In this document: piece by piece, positions 1 through 11,171 of the stretch
How the letters are laid out: each line of letters begins with the position of its first letter
Numbering within the stretch: position 1 is the first letter of the stretch
Origin: Eledone cirrhosa
Taxonomy: Eukaryota
Reading direction: 5' to 3'
Length of the DNA: 64,000 nucleotides
Assembly (NCBI GenBank): GCA_964016885.1
Contig: OZ024742.1
Span: 185,566,001-185,630,000 of the forward strand
Made by a program: the position numbers and the translations under genes
Notes under the pieces: generated by a model
What the model was told of the DNA's origin: nothing
What the model saw: only the letters and a program-made list of their open reading frames with translations
The model's database searches: none

Positions 1-349
1 AAGCGGACAACTGCAAGGCGACCCTCATCGCGAAGTGTTCGCCTGCAGAGTCATTTTTTCAGATAACATTTTTTTTATCTCTTATAGAATTTTCTCTTAA
101 ATTAAAAACTTGTTCAGACTTATTCTTGGTATTAGAAGGATAAGTGACAATAAATATAATAGGGAAGGCAACTTGCAAAGCTGGGGACAGCGCGCAGGTA
201 TAGGGCAAACACCTATTTTTCGCTGTGGGAGCAGCAACATTTTAACTTTCGGAAAATTACCTATTGCGAAGGGCCACCCTAATATACATATATCCGTATG
301 TGGTTGACAGCTGAGAGAAATGAGTACTCGGTATTGAGTTATATATACA

Positions 350-425
<76 letters not shown>

Positions 426-750
426 CGGCGATGAATTAGTTTTGCGAGGTTTTTTTATATGAAATCGTGTGTCGAAACAGATATTGTTATACTTGGGGAG
501 GGTCATATTTGTGTAATATTGCCAGAATTAATAACAGAACACACTCACTGTTTGGTTGGTTTTCGCTTCTCGCTGTCTTTTATATCTGCGATCTAACTTA
601 CTCGGTCCTCAATGTTGCGATTGACTGACCGGCGGTCAAAAATAATACAGATACAATATAGACACAAACACATATATATTCTCTTTTACCTGTTTCAGCC
701 ATCCGGCTGAGGCCATGCTGGGGCACATATATATATAATTTACAAAAATC

Positions 751-778
751 TTTCGTTGCACATCTGCAACATCGTCAG
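751..778 (-). ncRNA. Hammerhead ribozyme-like core
   Basis: Reverse complement reads CUGACGA-U-GUUGCA(GAUG)UGCAAC-GAAA. Stem I pairing is weak. Confidence 0.5.
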
Positions 779-1220
779 TGGTGTTATATTCATTGTTCCT
801 CCTGTTGTGTTGTATGTCTACGCCATTTTTTATTCAGTCTGTCTATATATTTATTTATTTATTTGCTTGTTTGTTTATCTTATTTTATTTTGTCTTCTTT
901 GCGCATGCGTTTGCGTGTGTGTATAGTGTTATGTGTGATGTGTGACTAGTGTGTATAGTGTTGTGTCTGCTGGGTGACTAGTGTGTGTTTATGTGCTTGT
1001 TGTTATTGTGCTTGTGTATGTATTTATTTATCTTATTTTATTTTATTTTATTTTATTTACTTATTTATACTTCTCTTAGGTCAGTGTTGTTTGTTTGGGT
1101 GTTGTTGTTGTTCCACTCATTCTTTCTGTTTAGCTTTGGTCTTCTAATTTCTATTTCACTGGCCTCTCTGATTTGCCTATCTGCTGGGTCATTCCTATGT
1201 TTAGATATTATTATATCTAA

Positions 1221-1248
1221 CTGACGATGTTGCAGATGTGCAACGAAA
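1221..1248 (+). ncRNA. Hammerhead ribozyme-like core (inverted copy of 751-778)
   Basis: ctgacga t gttgca gatg tgcaac gaaa: CUGANGA box, 6-bp stem II, GAAA box. Confidence 0.5.
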
Positions 1249-1612
1249 GATTTTTGTAAATTATATATATATATATATATATGTGTTTGTGTCTATATTG
1301 TATCTGTATTATTTTTGACCGCCGGTCAGTCAATGGCAACATTGAGGACCGAGTAAGTTAGATCGCAGATATAAAAGACAGCGAGAAGCGAAAACCAACC
1401 AAACAGTGAGTGTGTTCTGTTATTAATTCTGGCAATATTACGCAAATATGACCCTCCCCAAGTATAACAATATATATATATATATATATATATATTGTTA
1501 TACTTTGGGAGGCTGATGTTGCCAATAAGAAACACACGCACCAGTTGCTTTTATTATAAATTTCCAGTTGGTTGGTTGGTTGGTTCCACAACCGGATGGT
1601 TGTTCATATATT

Positions 1613-1655
1613 GTCAAAGTTCTTTCGTCACACATTCCGTGACCTCATCAGTGAC
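1613..1655 (-). ncRNA. Minimal type I hammerhead ribozyme in PLE-1 pseudo-LTR
   Basis: GUCA-CUGAUGA-G-GUCAC(GGAAUGU)GUGAC-GAAA-GAAC-UU-UGAC. Stem I is GUCA/UGAC. The copy at 5641 has GAAA changed to AAAA. Confidence 0.75.
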
Positions 1656-1807
1656 TGGGATTCTTTTCTTTGTTTTGTGCCTCTCCTTTGTTCTGTCCTA
1701 CGCCATCTTGTTTTTGTGTGTGTGTTGTGTGCTTAGTTTGCGCATGTGTTACATCCGGTGTCTGTGTGTGTTTTTATTTGTTTATTTATTTGTTTATTTA
1801 CATGTTA

Positions 1808-4800
1808 CTAGTTAGTTGTTTGTTCTATGTGTGTGTGTTTCATTTTGTCCTTAATTGTAAGTTGTGATGTTGCTATTTCATGTTTTCTATTTAATTTTGG
1901 TTGGAGTTCATTTATGTTTATTGCCTCTGTGATTTGTTTAAACATTGCGTCTTTGCTGCGTGTAGATTTTATTTTTATTTCTATGTTCTCTAATTTGCCC
2001 TTATGTTCTATTTTAGCATGTTGGTGGAGTACTGATGAGTCTTTTCTATCTTGGAGTTCTCGCCAATGTTCATTTAATCGTTCTCCTCTGCTATGAGCTG
2101 TCTCACCTATGTACATTATATTCTTATCTTTACATTGTCCCTCAGTACATCTTATGCTATATACTATGTTTCTAGTTTTACAGTTAATATGGCGGCTTAG
2201 TTTACAGATTATGCATTTCTTATCTATACAGGGCGGTCTTTGAAAAGGGTATGTATTACTAATAAGTGTTTTTATGGAGGTACCTCATCTTTCCACTATC
2301 TTAATATTTAGTTCAAGTTTATCTAGGGCCCTTCTAAATTTGTAAGCTAGTTCACCTCTATGGGTTGTATCGATGAACATTACACTCTGGTATTTATTGC
2401 TATCATACCATGACTTTATTCTATTAGCCTTATTCCTAGTTCTTTCTATTCTATTCCAAAATGTGCTCCTATACAAGGGGCAGGTTCCATTTGTATCATT
2501 ATTTACCATTTTTCCCCATTTGGTTCTGGCTCCTCTATATACTCTGATTGTTTCTCTCTGATTGTAACCAGAGAACTGCATACGGTGGATGAAGTGTTGT
2601 ATGTGTCTCTTTAGTTCTTTGGGGTTGCACATGCTGGACGCGTTCCTCATCACCCTTACTAAATCCGCAATCAGTATGTTGATTTTGGTGTGATCGGAAA
2701 CAGCTGAGTTTCAGTGGATCAGGTATTTGGAAGTCATGGGTTTGGCATAATGGGAATGGAGGATTTGTTTTTTGTTATTAATGGTTTCTAACCATAGCTC
2801 TGAGTCTAGTACAGGTAATCGATGGTCGGGGTGTTTGCTTGGGTAGTCTATAGTAACTTTGATACACTGGTGGATGGAGTTAGCTATTTGTTGGATGCTT
2901 TCCATGGTGTTTTTCTCTAATTCTTGACTGTTCTCTAGTGGGGGTGTTTTTACTACGATGTTTATATCATCAACGTAGCGGGAGTACATAATCATGGTTA
3001 AGAGATTGTTGTCTTCTAATTGTTCTTTAAGTTTTTTGTCCCACCATACTATAAATAGGTTAGCTATGTCACCTGCAATGCTAACGCCAATGGCTGCTCC
3101 TTCATCTTGGGCATATGTTTTTCCAATAAATTTGAACATATGTTCCTTAAGGGTTAGTGTTATACTCGCCCCCACCGCATGTGCAATCATTTTCTTTAGT
3201 TCATCATGGTTTTCGGGGGTCCGTATGGCTCTGGTCCATCCGTTCCATCTTTCTGTGTGGGTTTTCTTGGCCATTGAAGTAATGGTAGGTGGTCTGCCTC
3301 TTGCTGGCCTTGTGGGGCAGAGGTTGCTAAGGTCATACGTATCTAGGTAATCATTATTATATGTGAGTTTAAGTAGGAGTCCCAGCTCACTGGTATCAAT
3401 CCCACATAATTCAACATTGCTCTCACTGATAATTTCCACGCATTTCTCCACAGCAAAATCGACATCATTGGATGGGTATAGGGACACTACATCCATACTA
3501 CCTATTATACAGTCTGCTAGGTCCCTAGACAGGTTATTTTCGCTGATACTGCTGAGGAGTTCATCCGGCGACATTTCAATGATGGGGCGTACGATCAGGG
3601 AGAGGAAGTAGGAAAGTCTGTAGTTGCTAGCAATGTTAGCTCCATAGACTGGCCGTGTTGGTGGTCCTGTGACTGGGTCACTGTTCGTCTTATGGTCTTT
3701 TCGAAACCCATACAACGCTGGCACATCATTGTTCCAGGCCTGGAAGTAGTTGGCAGTCCGTTAAATGGGCTGCATTATGTTTGTCCAACCCATCATATGA
3801 GCGTTGAGGGTTTTCTCCCTATCCTCATGCTCTTGTGGTATTACCTCTCTTGTGTTAGTGATGTGGGGTTGCATTTCCTGGGTGTAGTTTGACAGACTGT
3901 CAACCGACATTCTGCCAGACTTGTCTGTTGGAAAGCATGCAATCTCTCCATTACGTGAGCGCTGCATGAGTTTACCAAGCCATTTGCGGATTTTTCTCCC
4001 AGTTACTGGGCCTCCATTCTATTTTGTTTCTTGCTATACTGTTCTATAATATTTCTAAGTTTAGATCTAGCTATATTAAATTGTGCTTCTGTTTGTTCAT
4101 CGACCTGCGACGGCAATTGCGTGTGTTTGTTAAAAGCTAAAGTCGTGGTATGGACTCGTGGTAAGTCGAAGGACATATCGGAAGGGTCATAGAAAGTGGA
4201 GTTCCAGGTTCTGTTGTGTGTTCTATTGCTACTGTTAGTTGTGTTGTTGTTTCTATTTCTATTTCTATTTCCACCAACGGCCTGATGATTGTTTCTTTGT
4301 CTCTCATTGTTACTCCTGTCCCTTCCCTCTGGCTCATTGTTATTATCTAATCTATTATGTGTGTCTGTGTGTTCGTGCTGGTTATTTCCCCTGTCATTGT
4401 CATTAGCCTCTCTACCTTTCTCATTGTTATTACGGTCACTCACCTCTGTGATACTGTCATTATCTGTTTTCTGTGTCTGTGTGTCTGTTAAGATTGTGGT
4501 GGTGGTGGGAGGCATAGGATGTGTGTGTTGTTGATGTGTGCTGTTGTTGTTGTTTATGTGTATTGTTGTTGTTGTTATTGTTGTTGTCTCTGTGTGTGTT
4601 GTTATTAGTGTTGTGTGTGTTGTTATCGTTGTTTGTGTTTGTGTGTCTGTTGTTGTTGGGATGTGTGTTGTGTGTGTGTGTGTGTGCGTGCGTGCGTGTG
4701 TTGTTCGTGTTGTTATTTTGGTTTTTGTTTTGTTGTTGTTTTTTGAGGCTCCAACGTAATTTTGTAAATGATTCTTCTATTTCTGACAAGAATCTTATCA

Positions 4801-5420
4801 TATTTACCTTATTATATATGGCATATTTAGGTGGTAGCTGTAGGATGGACGATTCATTAGAGTCCACAGTAGTGTTGCCGTATATATTTGTGTCGTTGTT
4901 ATTGAATTCGTCCGTTAATGGTATGTCGGCCATGTTTCAATCCTATCTGGATATTTATTTCTATTCTCTGAAGTTTCTTGATTTAGTTTTTTCTGTTGTT
5001 TGAGCCACATTAATTTCTTGTTAAAGTGTTTGTTGCATTCTTGGATGATGTATTTTTCTACTTCGTGTATAATGTTTATGTATTCTAATTTTACTCTTGG
5101 TGTGGTGATCTTAGTTATTTCTTGTATGAGGTTACGCTTCTGTTTTTTTTTATGACTTAATTCGCTGTAAATCATTTTGTGTTTAGAATTAGTATTCGTT
5201 TTAGCCTATCTGCTTGTTTTTTGGTAAGTTGTAATCTTCTTACATCGGTGTTGATGGTGTTGGTGTAAACTCGGGACGAGGCACATTCTTTTATGAAGTG
5301 TAGTTGTCGAAATGTTATTGTTTTCCTTAGACAACAGAACATGGTGGTTTTCAGTATCTCGTTAGCCTGGCTAAGGCTTACGATATTTCGTTTCTGAATT
5401 TGTTTAGCAAGATTCTTTAT
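1808..5420 (-). pseudogene. Disrupted PLE RT + GIY-YIG ORF
   Basis: ORFs 3761-3967, 2711-3724, 2285-2653 and 1808-2116 are in one frame, broken by TAA/TGA/TGA. The N-terminal part is frameshifted and contains simple repeats. Confidence 0.85.
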
Positions 5421-5426
5421 GAATCG

Positions 5427-5864
5427 AATAGCAGCATCACAACTTACAATTAAGGACAAAATGAAAACACACACACATAGAACAAACAACTAACTAGTAA
5501 CATGTAAATAAACAAATAAATAAACAAATAAAAACACACACAGACACCCGGATGTAACACATGCGCAAACTAAGCACACAACACACACAAAACAAGATGG
5601 CGTAGGAGAGGCACAAAACAAAGAAAAGAATCATCAATCACTGATGAGGTCACAGAATGTGTGACAAAAGAACTTTGACAATATATGAACAACTATCCGG
5701 TTGTGGAACCAACCAACCAACTGGAAATTTATAATAAATTGAAGTAAAAGCAACTGGTCCGTGTGTTTCTTATTGACAACATGACCCTCCAAAAGTATAA
5801 CAATATCGGTTTCAACACACGTTTTCAGATAAAGAATCTTGCTAAACAAATTCAGAAACGAAAT
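5427..5864 (+). repeat. Inverted pseudo-LTR of PLE-1 (ORF end, hammerhead, ORF start)
   Basis: Reverse complement of about 1493-1880. It extends further and also matches the reverse complement of 5383-5420. Confidence 0.85.
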
Positions 5865-6015
5865 ATATATATATATATATATATATGTAGATAAATCTAC
5901 CAAGAGTTTACGGTAGTGTCCAATCCGTATGAAGAACTCAATGTAATCCGGATATCATGAACTTTTTTTGTTTAATATAAGGAACTGTTTCATTGTTTTA
6001 TTCATTATTTTTTTA

Positions 6016-6054
<39 letters not shown>

Positions 6055-7206
6055 TCGCCTTACTATCCTTGCTTTAAGAATAAAAAGTGAAGCTGACTTC
6101 GGTTGGATTTGAACTTAAAACGAGCCAGGACAAATACCACAAATGTTTTCCGAAGTGCTGACGATTCTGCTAATGATATATATATCTGCAAATACACGTT
6201 TAGATGCACATATATCTATATAAACATAGGTGCTCGTTTATTGTTTATTTGAATATATTTCTCTATACATAGCCAGATTAGTTAAGGATAGCTACAAAGC
6301 AATGTGGATAGGATATTGAATTTGATTGCAAGATACGTTTATATCATATTGACAGAAATACAAAAAATAAAATGGAAAGAAGATAAAAAGGAAAAAAGAG
6401 TAGAGAAATAGGGAGTAACTGAAACACTTCGTCCTTGATTGGGCGGTATATATCAGCTGCACCTTGTGGACAAAATGGTGAAAGCATCGCTGCGGAGAAC
6501 AGCCAGCGATACCCACTATATCAGCCATTTCACATCACAGAGTTCCTTCCTCAGGCATAACATCATAATCTCGATTTGGCTTAGAAAGGCTGTAAGCGGA
6601 CACCGGATGAGTCGATGGTGAAAAGCGATTGTTTTATAATGGTCTGTCTATAAAGGTTGCAGACAGACCGAGCAGAGATGAGTCTTATATAAACAATTCT
6701 GAATTATTAAAGATCCTCTTTCCCTTAGCAACTTAACCCTCACAACACCAAACATTCAATACAGTCCTCCCAACATCACACACACGGATGGACACACACT
6801 AAGTTCCCCTTCCTAATAACATCTATATCCAAACTTACAGAAAATTACACAAACAAGTTTATGTTGTTTATTATTGACTAAGAACAAATCATGAATGTTA
6901 TTGTATGTCTGGTAATTTTATTTTTTCAAGTCTCAAGCTGAGCTTACGTCTCGAGATAATGCCATGAATGTTTTAATGCTTTGGGTTTTCTTTTGTTCAA
7001 TGTACGTTGGAAAAAGAAAGCAGATAAAAACAAAATGAAAGATAAAATTTAATTTATATGTATAAATGGAGTAGTAGAGGTAAAAATAAAAATAAATAAA
7101 AAAAAAAACGTTGATTTTTTTTTTCAGATCATGAGAATATCTGAATGAAGAAACTATACTACAAGACGATATTTTATCTTTTTAAGCGTGTATATATACA
7201 CCGTGT

Positions 7207-7255
<49 letters not shown>

Positions 7256-7450
7256 CGTGTGTGTATATATAAATATATATTATATATATATATTTTATAT
7301 ATATAATATATATTTATATATACATTTATATATATATTTATATATGTCTGTATATATAAATATATATTAGATATATATATATCGTGTATATATATATGTG
7401 TGTGTGTGTGTAGTGTGTAGCACACACTCAAACCGGGTCACAACACTCAC

Positions 7451-7582
<132 letters not shown>

Positions 7583-8153
7583 GTTCAAATTCCGCCGAGA
7601 TAAATGTTTGCCTTTCATACTTTGAGCGCCGATAAAATTAGTTATCACCTCAGACGGGCTGGGCTGACAAAATTGTTAAAACATCGGTCGGTGTTCAAAT
7701 CCCACTTGGTTCTGTTGGGAGTTGAAACCTTGAGATAATATCAGCAATAGAAAGACCAATAAGTACATTGTTTTTTTTTTTTCTTTTAGTCCGATCTGAT
7801 GATCAGCTCTTTTCCTTTATCCACATATATATGTGTGTGCGTGCGTGTATGTGTGTGAGCGTGTGTCTGTGTGTGTGTGTGTGTGTGTGTTATATGTATA
7901 TATAGGTTGTATAATGAAAGCAAAAATAAAATGATTTTCAGTGCTTAATTGGCACTGAACCTCGTTTGTTTCTGTTTTCATTGTTCAACCTATATATCTG
8001 AGTCTGTATTTCTATGAATACTCAACACATATAATACGATGCCATTTTCCCACAAAAACAGGTTTCACTTTATTTCGATGATATATTCATATCCACACTA
8101 CATTGAGTTTTAACAGCGCTATAACTCCTACTTTACTTAGGTAAAATATTAGT

Positions 8154-8226
<73 letters not shown>

Positions 8227-8348
8227 AATATAGACATAGAATATTCGAAAATATTCTGTATGTTTATAATAAACATTTTGAAGACCTAATCGCTATAGAA
8301 TAGAATACGTCACGTATTACAATTAGATTCTCGATAAAAGCAAGGGAA

Positions 8349-8391
8349 GTAATCTACGCGTTTCATTCTTGTTAGAAATCTTCAGGACTAC
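8349..8391 (-). ncRNA. Type I hammerhead ribozyme (also 8659-8701, 8969-9011, 9279-9321, 9589-9631)
   Basis: Reverse complement of the motif at 9999-10041. Confidence 0.85.
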
Positions 8392-9998
8392 ATATCCAGT
8401 GCTTTTATCGAGAATGACACAGCTAGAGACTTATAGAATACTTAGCTGTGTACAGGAACTGGTTTGAAAGAGCGGTTGCCGGTCCGGCAGAAATTAGAAA
8501 TTGGAATAAATGCTCTGAAATAGCGATATATATGTGAATATAGACATAGAATATTCGAAAATATTCTGTATGTTTATAATAAACATTTTGAAGACCTAAT
8601 CGCTATAGAATAGAATACGTCACGTATTACAATTAGATTCTCGATAAAAGCAAGGGAAGTAATCTACGCGTTTCATTCTTGTTAGAAATCTTCAGGACTA
8701 CATATCCAGTGCTTTTATCGAGAATGACACAGCTAGAGACTTATAGAATACTTAGCTGTGTACAGGAACTGGTTTGAAAGAGCGGTTGCCGGTCCGGCAG
8801 AAATTAGAAATTGGAATAAATGCTCTGAAATAGCGATATATATGTGAATATAGACATAGAATATTCGAAAATATTCTGTATGTTTATAATAAACATTTTG
8901 AAGACCTAATCGCTATAGAATAGAATACGTCACGTATTACAATTAGATTCTCGATAAAAGCAAGGGAAGTAATCTACGCGTTTCATTCTTGTTAGAAATC
9001 TTCAGGACTACATATCCAGTGCTTTTATCGAGAATGACACAGCTAGAGACTTATAGAATACTTAGCTGTGTACAGGAACTGGTTTGAAAGAGCGGTTGCC
9101 GGTCCGGCAGAAATTAGAAATTGGAATAAATGCTCTGAAATAGCGATATATATGTGAATATAGACATAGAATATTCGAAAATATTCTGTATGTTTATAAT
9201 AAACATTTTGAAGACCTAATCGCTATAGAATAGAATACGTCACGTATTACAATTAGATTCTCGATAAAAGCAAGGGAAGTAATCTACGCGTTTCATTCTT
9301 GTTAGAAATCTTCAGGACTACATATCCAGTGCTTTTATCGAGAATGACACAGCTAGAGACTTATAGAATACTTAGCTGTGTACAGGAACTGGTTTGAAAG
9401 AGCGGTTGCCGGTCCGGCAGAAATTAGAAATTGGAATAAATGCTCTGAAATAGCGATATATATGTGAATATAGACATAGAATATTCGAAAATATTCTGTA
9501 TGTTTATAATAAACATTTTGAAGACCTAATCGCTATAGAATAGAATACGTCACGTATTACAATTAGATTCTCGATGAAAGCAAGGGAAGTAATCTACGCG
9601 TTTCATTCTTGTTAGAAATCTTCAGGACTACATATCCAGTGCTTTTATCGAGAATGACACAGCTAGAGACTTATAGAATACTTAGCTGTGTACAGGAACT
9701 GGTTTGAAAGAGCGGTTGCCGGTCCGGCAGAAATTAGAAATTGGAATAAATGCTCTGAAATAGCGATATATATGTGAATATAGACATAGAATATTCGAAA
9801 ATATTCTGTATGTTTATAATAAACATTTTGAAGACCTAATCGCTATCTATATTCACATATATATCGCTATTTCAGAGCATTTATTCCAATTTCTAATTTC
9901 TGCCGGACCGGCAACCGCTCTTTCAAACCAGTTCCTGTACACAGCTAAGTATTCTATAAGTCTCTAGCTGTGTCATTCTCGATAAAAGCACTGGATAT

Positions 9999-10041
9999 GT
10001 AGTCCTGAAGATTTCTAACAAGAATGAAACGCGTAGATTAC
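9999..10041 (+). ncRNA. Type I hammerhead ribozyme (also 10309-10351, 10619-10661, 10929-10971)
   Basis: GUAGUC-CUGAAGA-U-UUCU(AACA)AGAA-U-GAAAC-GC-GUA-GAUUAC. Stem I is GUAGUC/GAUUAC, stem III is the palindrome ACGCGU, and the cleavage triplet is GUA (cut after 10035). Confidence 0.88.
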
Positions 10042-11128
10042 TTCCCTTGCTTTTATCGAGAATCTAATTGTAATACGTGACGTATTCTACTCTATAGCGA
10101 TTAGGTCTTCAAAATGTTTATTATAAACATACAGAATATTTTCGAATATTCTATGTCTATATTCACATATATATCGCTATTTCAGAGCATTTATTCCAAT
10201 TTCTAATTTCTGCCGGACCGGCAACCGCTCTTTCAAACCAGTTCCTGTACACAGCTAAGTATTCTATAAGTCTCTAGCTGTGTCATTCTCGATAAAAGCA
10301 CTGGATATGTAGTCCTGAAGATTTCTAACAAGAATGAAACGCGTAGATTACTTCCCTTGCTTTTATCGAGAATCTAATTGTAATACGTGACGTATTCTAT
10401 TCTATAGCGATTAGGTCTTCAAAATGTTTATTATAAACATACAGAATATTTTCGAATATTCTATGTCTATATTCACATATATATCGCTATTTCAGAGCAT
10501 TTATTCCAATTTCTAATTTCTGCCGGACCGGCAACCGCTCTTTCAAACCAGTTCCTGTACACAGCTAAGTATTCTATAAGTCTCTAGCTGTGTCATTCTC
10601 GATAAAAGCACTGGATATGTAGTCCTGAAGATTTCTAACAAGAATGAAACGCGTAGATTACTTCCCTTGCTTTTATCGAGAATCTAATTGTAATACGTGA
10701 CGTATTCTATTCTATAGCGATTAGGTCTTCAAAATGTTTATTATAAACATACAGAATATTTTCGAATATTCTATGTCTATATTCACATATATATCGCTAT
10801 TTCAGAGCATTTATTCCAATTTCTAATTTCTGCCGGACCGGCAACCGCTCTTTCAAACCAGTTCCTGTACACAGCTAAGTATTCTATAAGTCTCTAGCTG
10901 TGTCATTCTCGATAAAAGCACTGGATATGTAGTCCTGAAGATTTCTAACAAGAATGAAACGCGTAGATTACTTCCCTTGCTTTTATCGAGAATCTAATTG
11001 TAATACGTGACGTATTCTATTCTATAGCGATTAGGTCTTCAAAATGTTTATTATAAACATACAGAATATTTTCGAATATTCTATGTCTATATTCACATAT
11101 ATATCGCTATTTCAGAGCATTTATTCCA

Positions 11129-11159
<31 letters not shown>

Positions 11160-11171
<12 letters not shown>

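Larger units (their letters stand above)
422..1475. mobile_element. Non-autonomous fold-back element related to the PLE-1 pseudo-LTR, flanked by (TA)n
   Basis: About 481-679 is inverted at about 1281-1475. A nested inverted pair lies at 738-778/1220-1262. 425-505 resembles the reverse complement of 5780-5864. Confidence 0.65.
1493..5864 (-). mobile_element. Penelope-like retroelement PLE-1 with inverted pseudo-LTR, inserted in (TA)n
   Basis: RT motifs (SMDVVSLYP, GAAIG, YSRYVDD, LPVLD) followed by a Cys-rich linker and GIY-YIG (IVYSI...YIGET...RLNEH). The 3' region is repeated inverted at 5427-5864. (TA)n on both sides. Confidence 0.9.
8221..11132. mobile_element. Head-to-head array of 310-bp hammerhead-containing units (non-LTR retrozyme-like)
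   Basis: Units start at 8221, 8531, 8841, 9151, 9461 and 9771. Orientation flips at 9846/9847, followed by about 4.15 inverted units to 11132. (TA)n on both flanks. Confidence 0.9.

Noticed and set aside
1-290. Mariner-type MITE end (ccaccctaata)
   Set aside because: The partner terminus is outside the window, so it cannot be supported.
2285-2713. Two in-frame TGA codons in PLE-1 read as selenocysteine (as in some Naiad PLEs)
   Set aside because: They are not at evident Cys positions, an in-frame TAA also occurs at 3761, and the domain order is RT then EN. Ordinary nonsense decay is simpler.
6603-6626. Hammerhead-like ccggatgagtcgatggtgaaaag
   Set aside because: Core mismatch and no convincing stems I or III.
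8221-11132. CRISPR array or plain satellite
   Set aside because: No unique spacers and eukaryotic context; ribozyme content and geometry fit a retrozyme better than a plain satellite.
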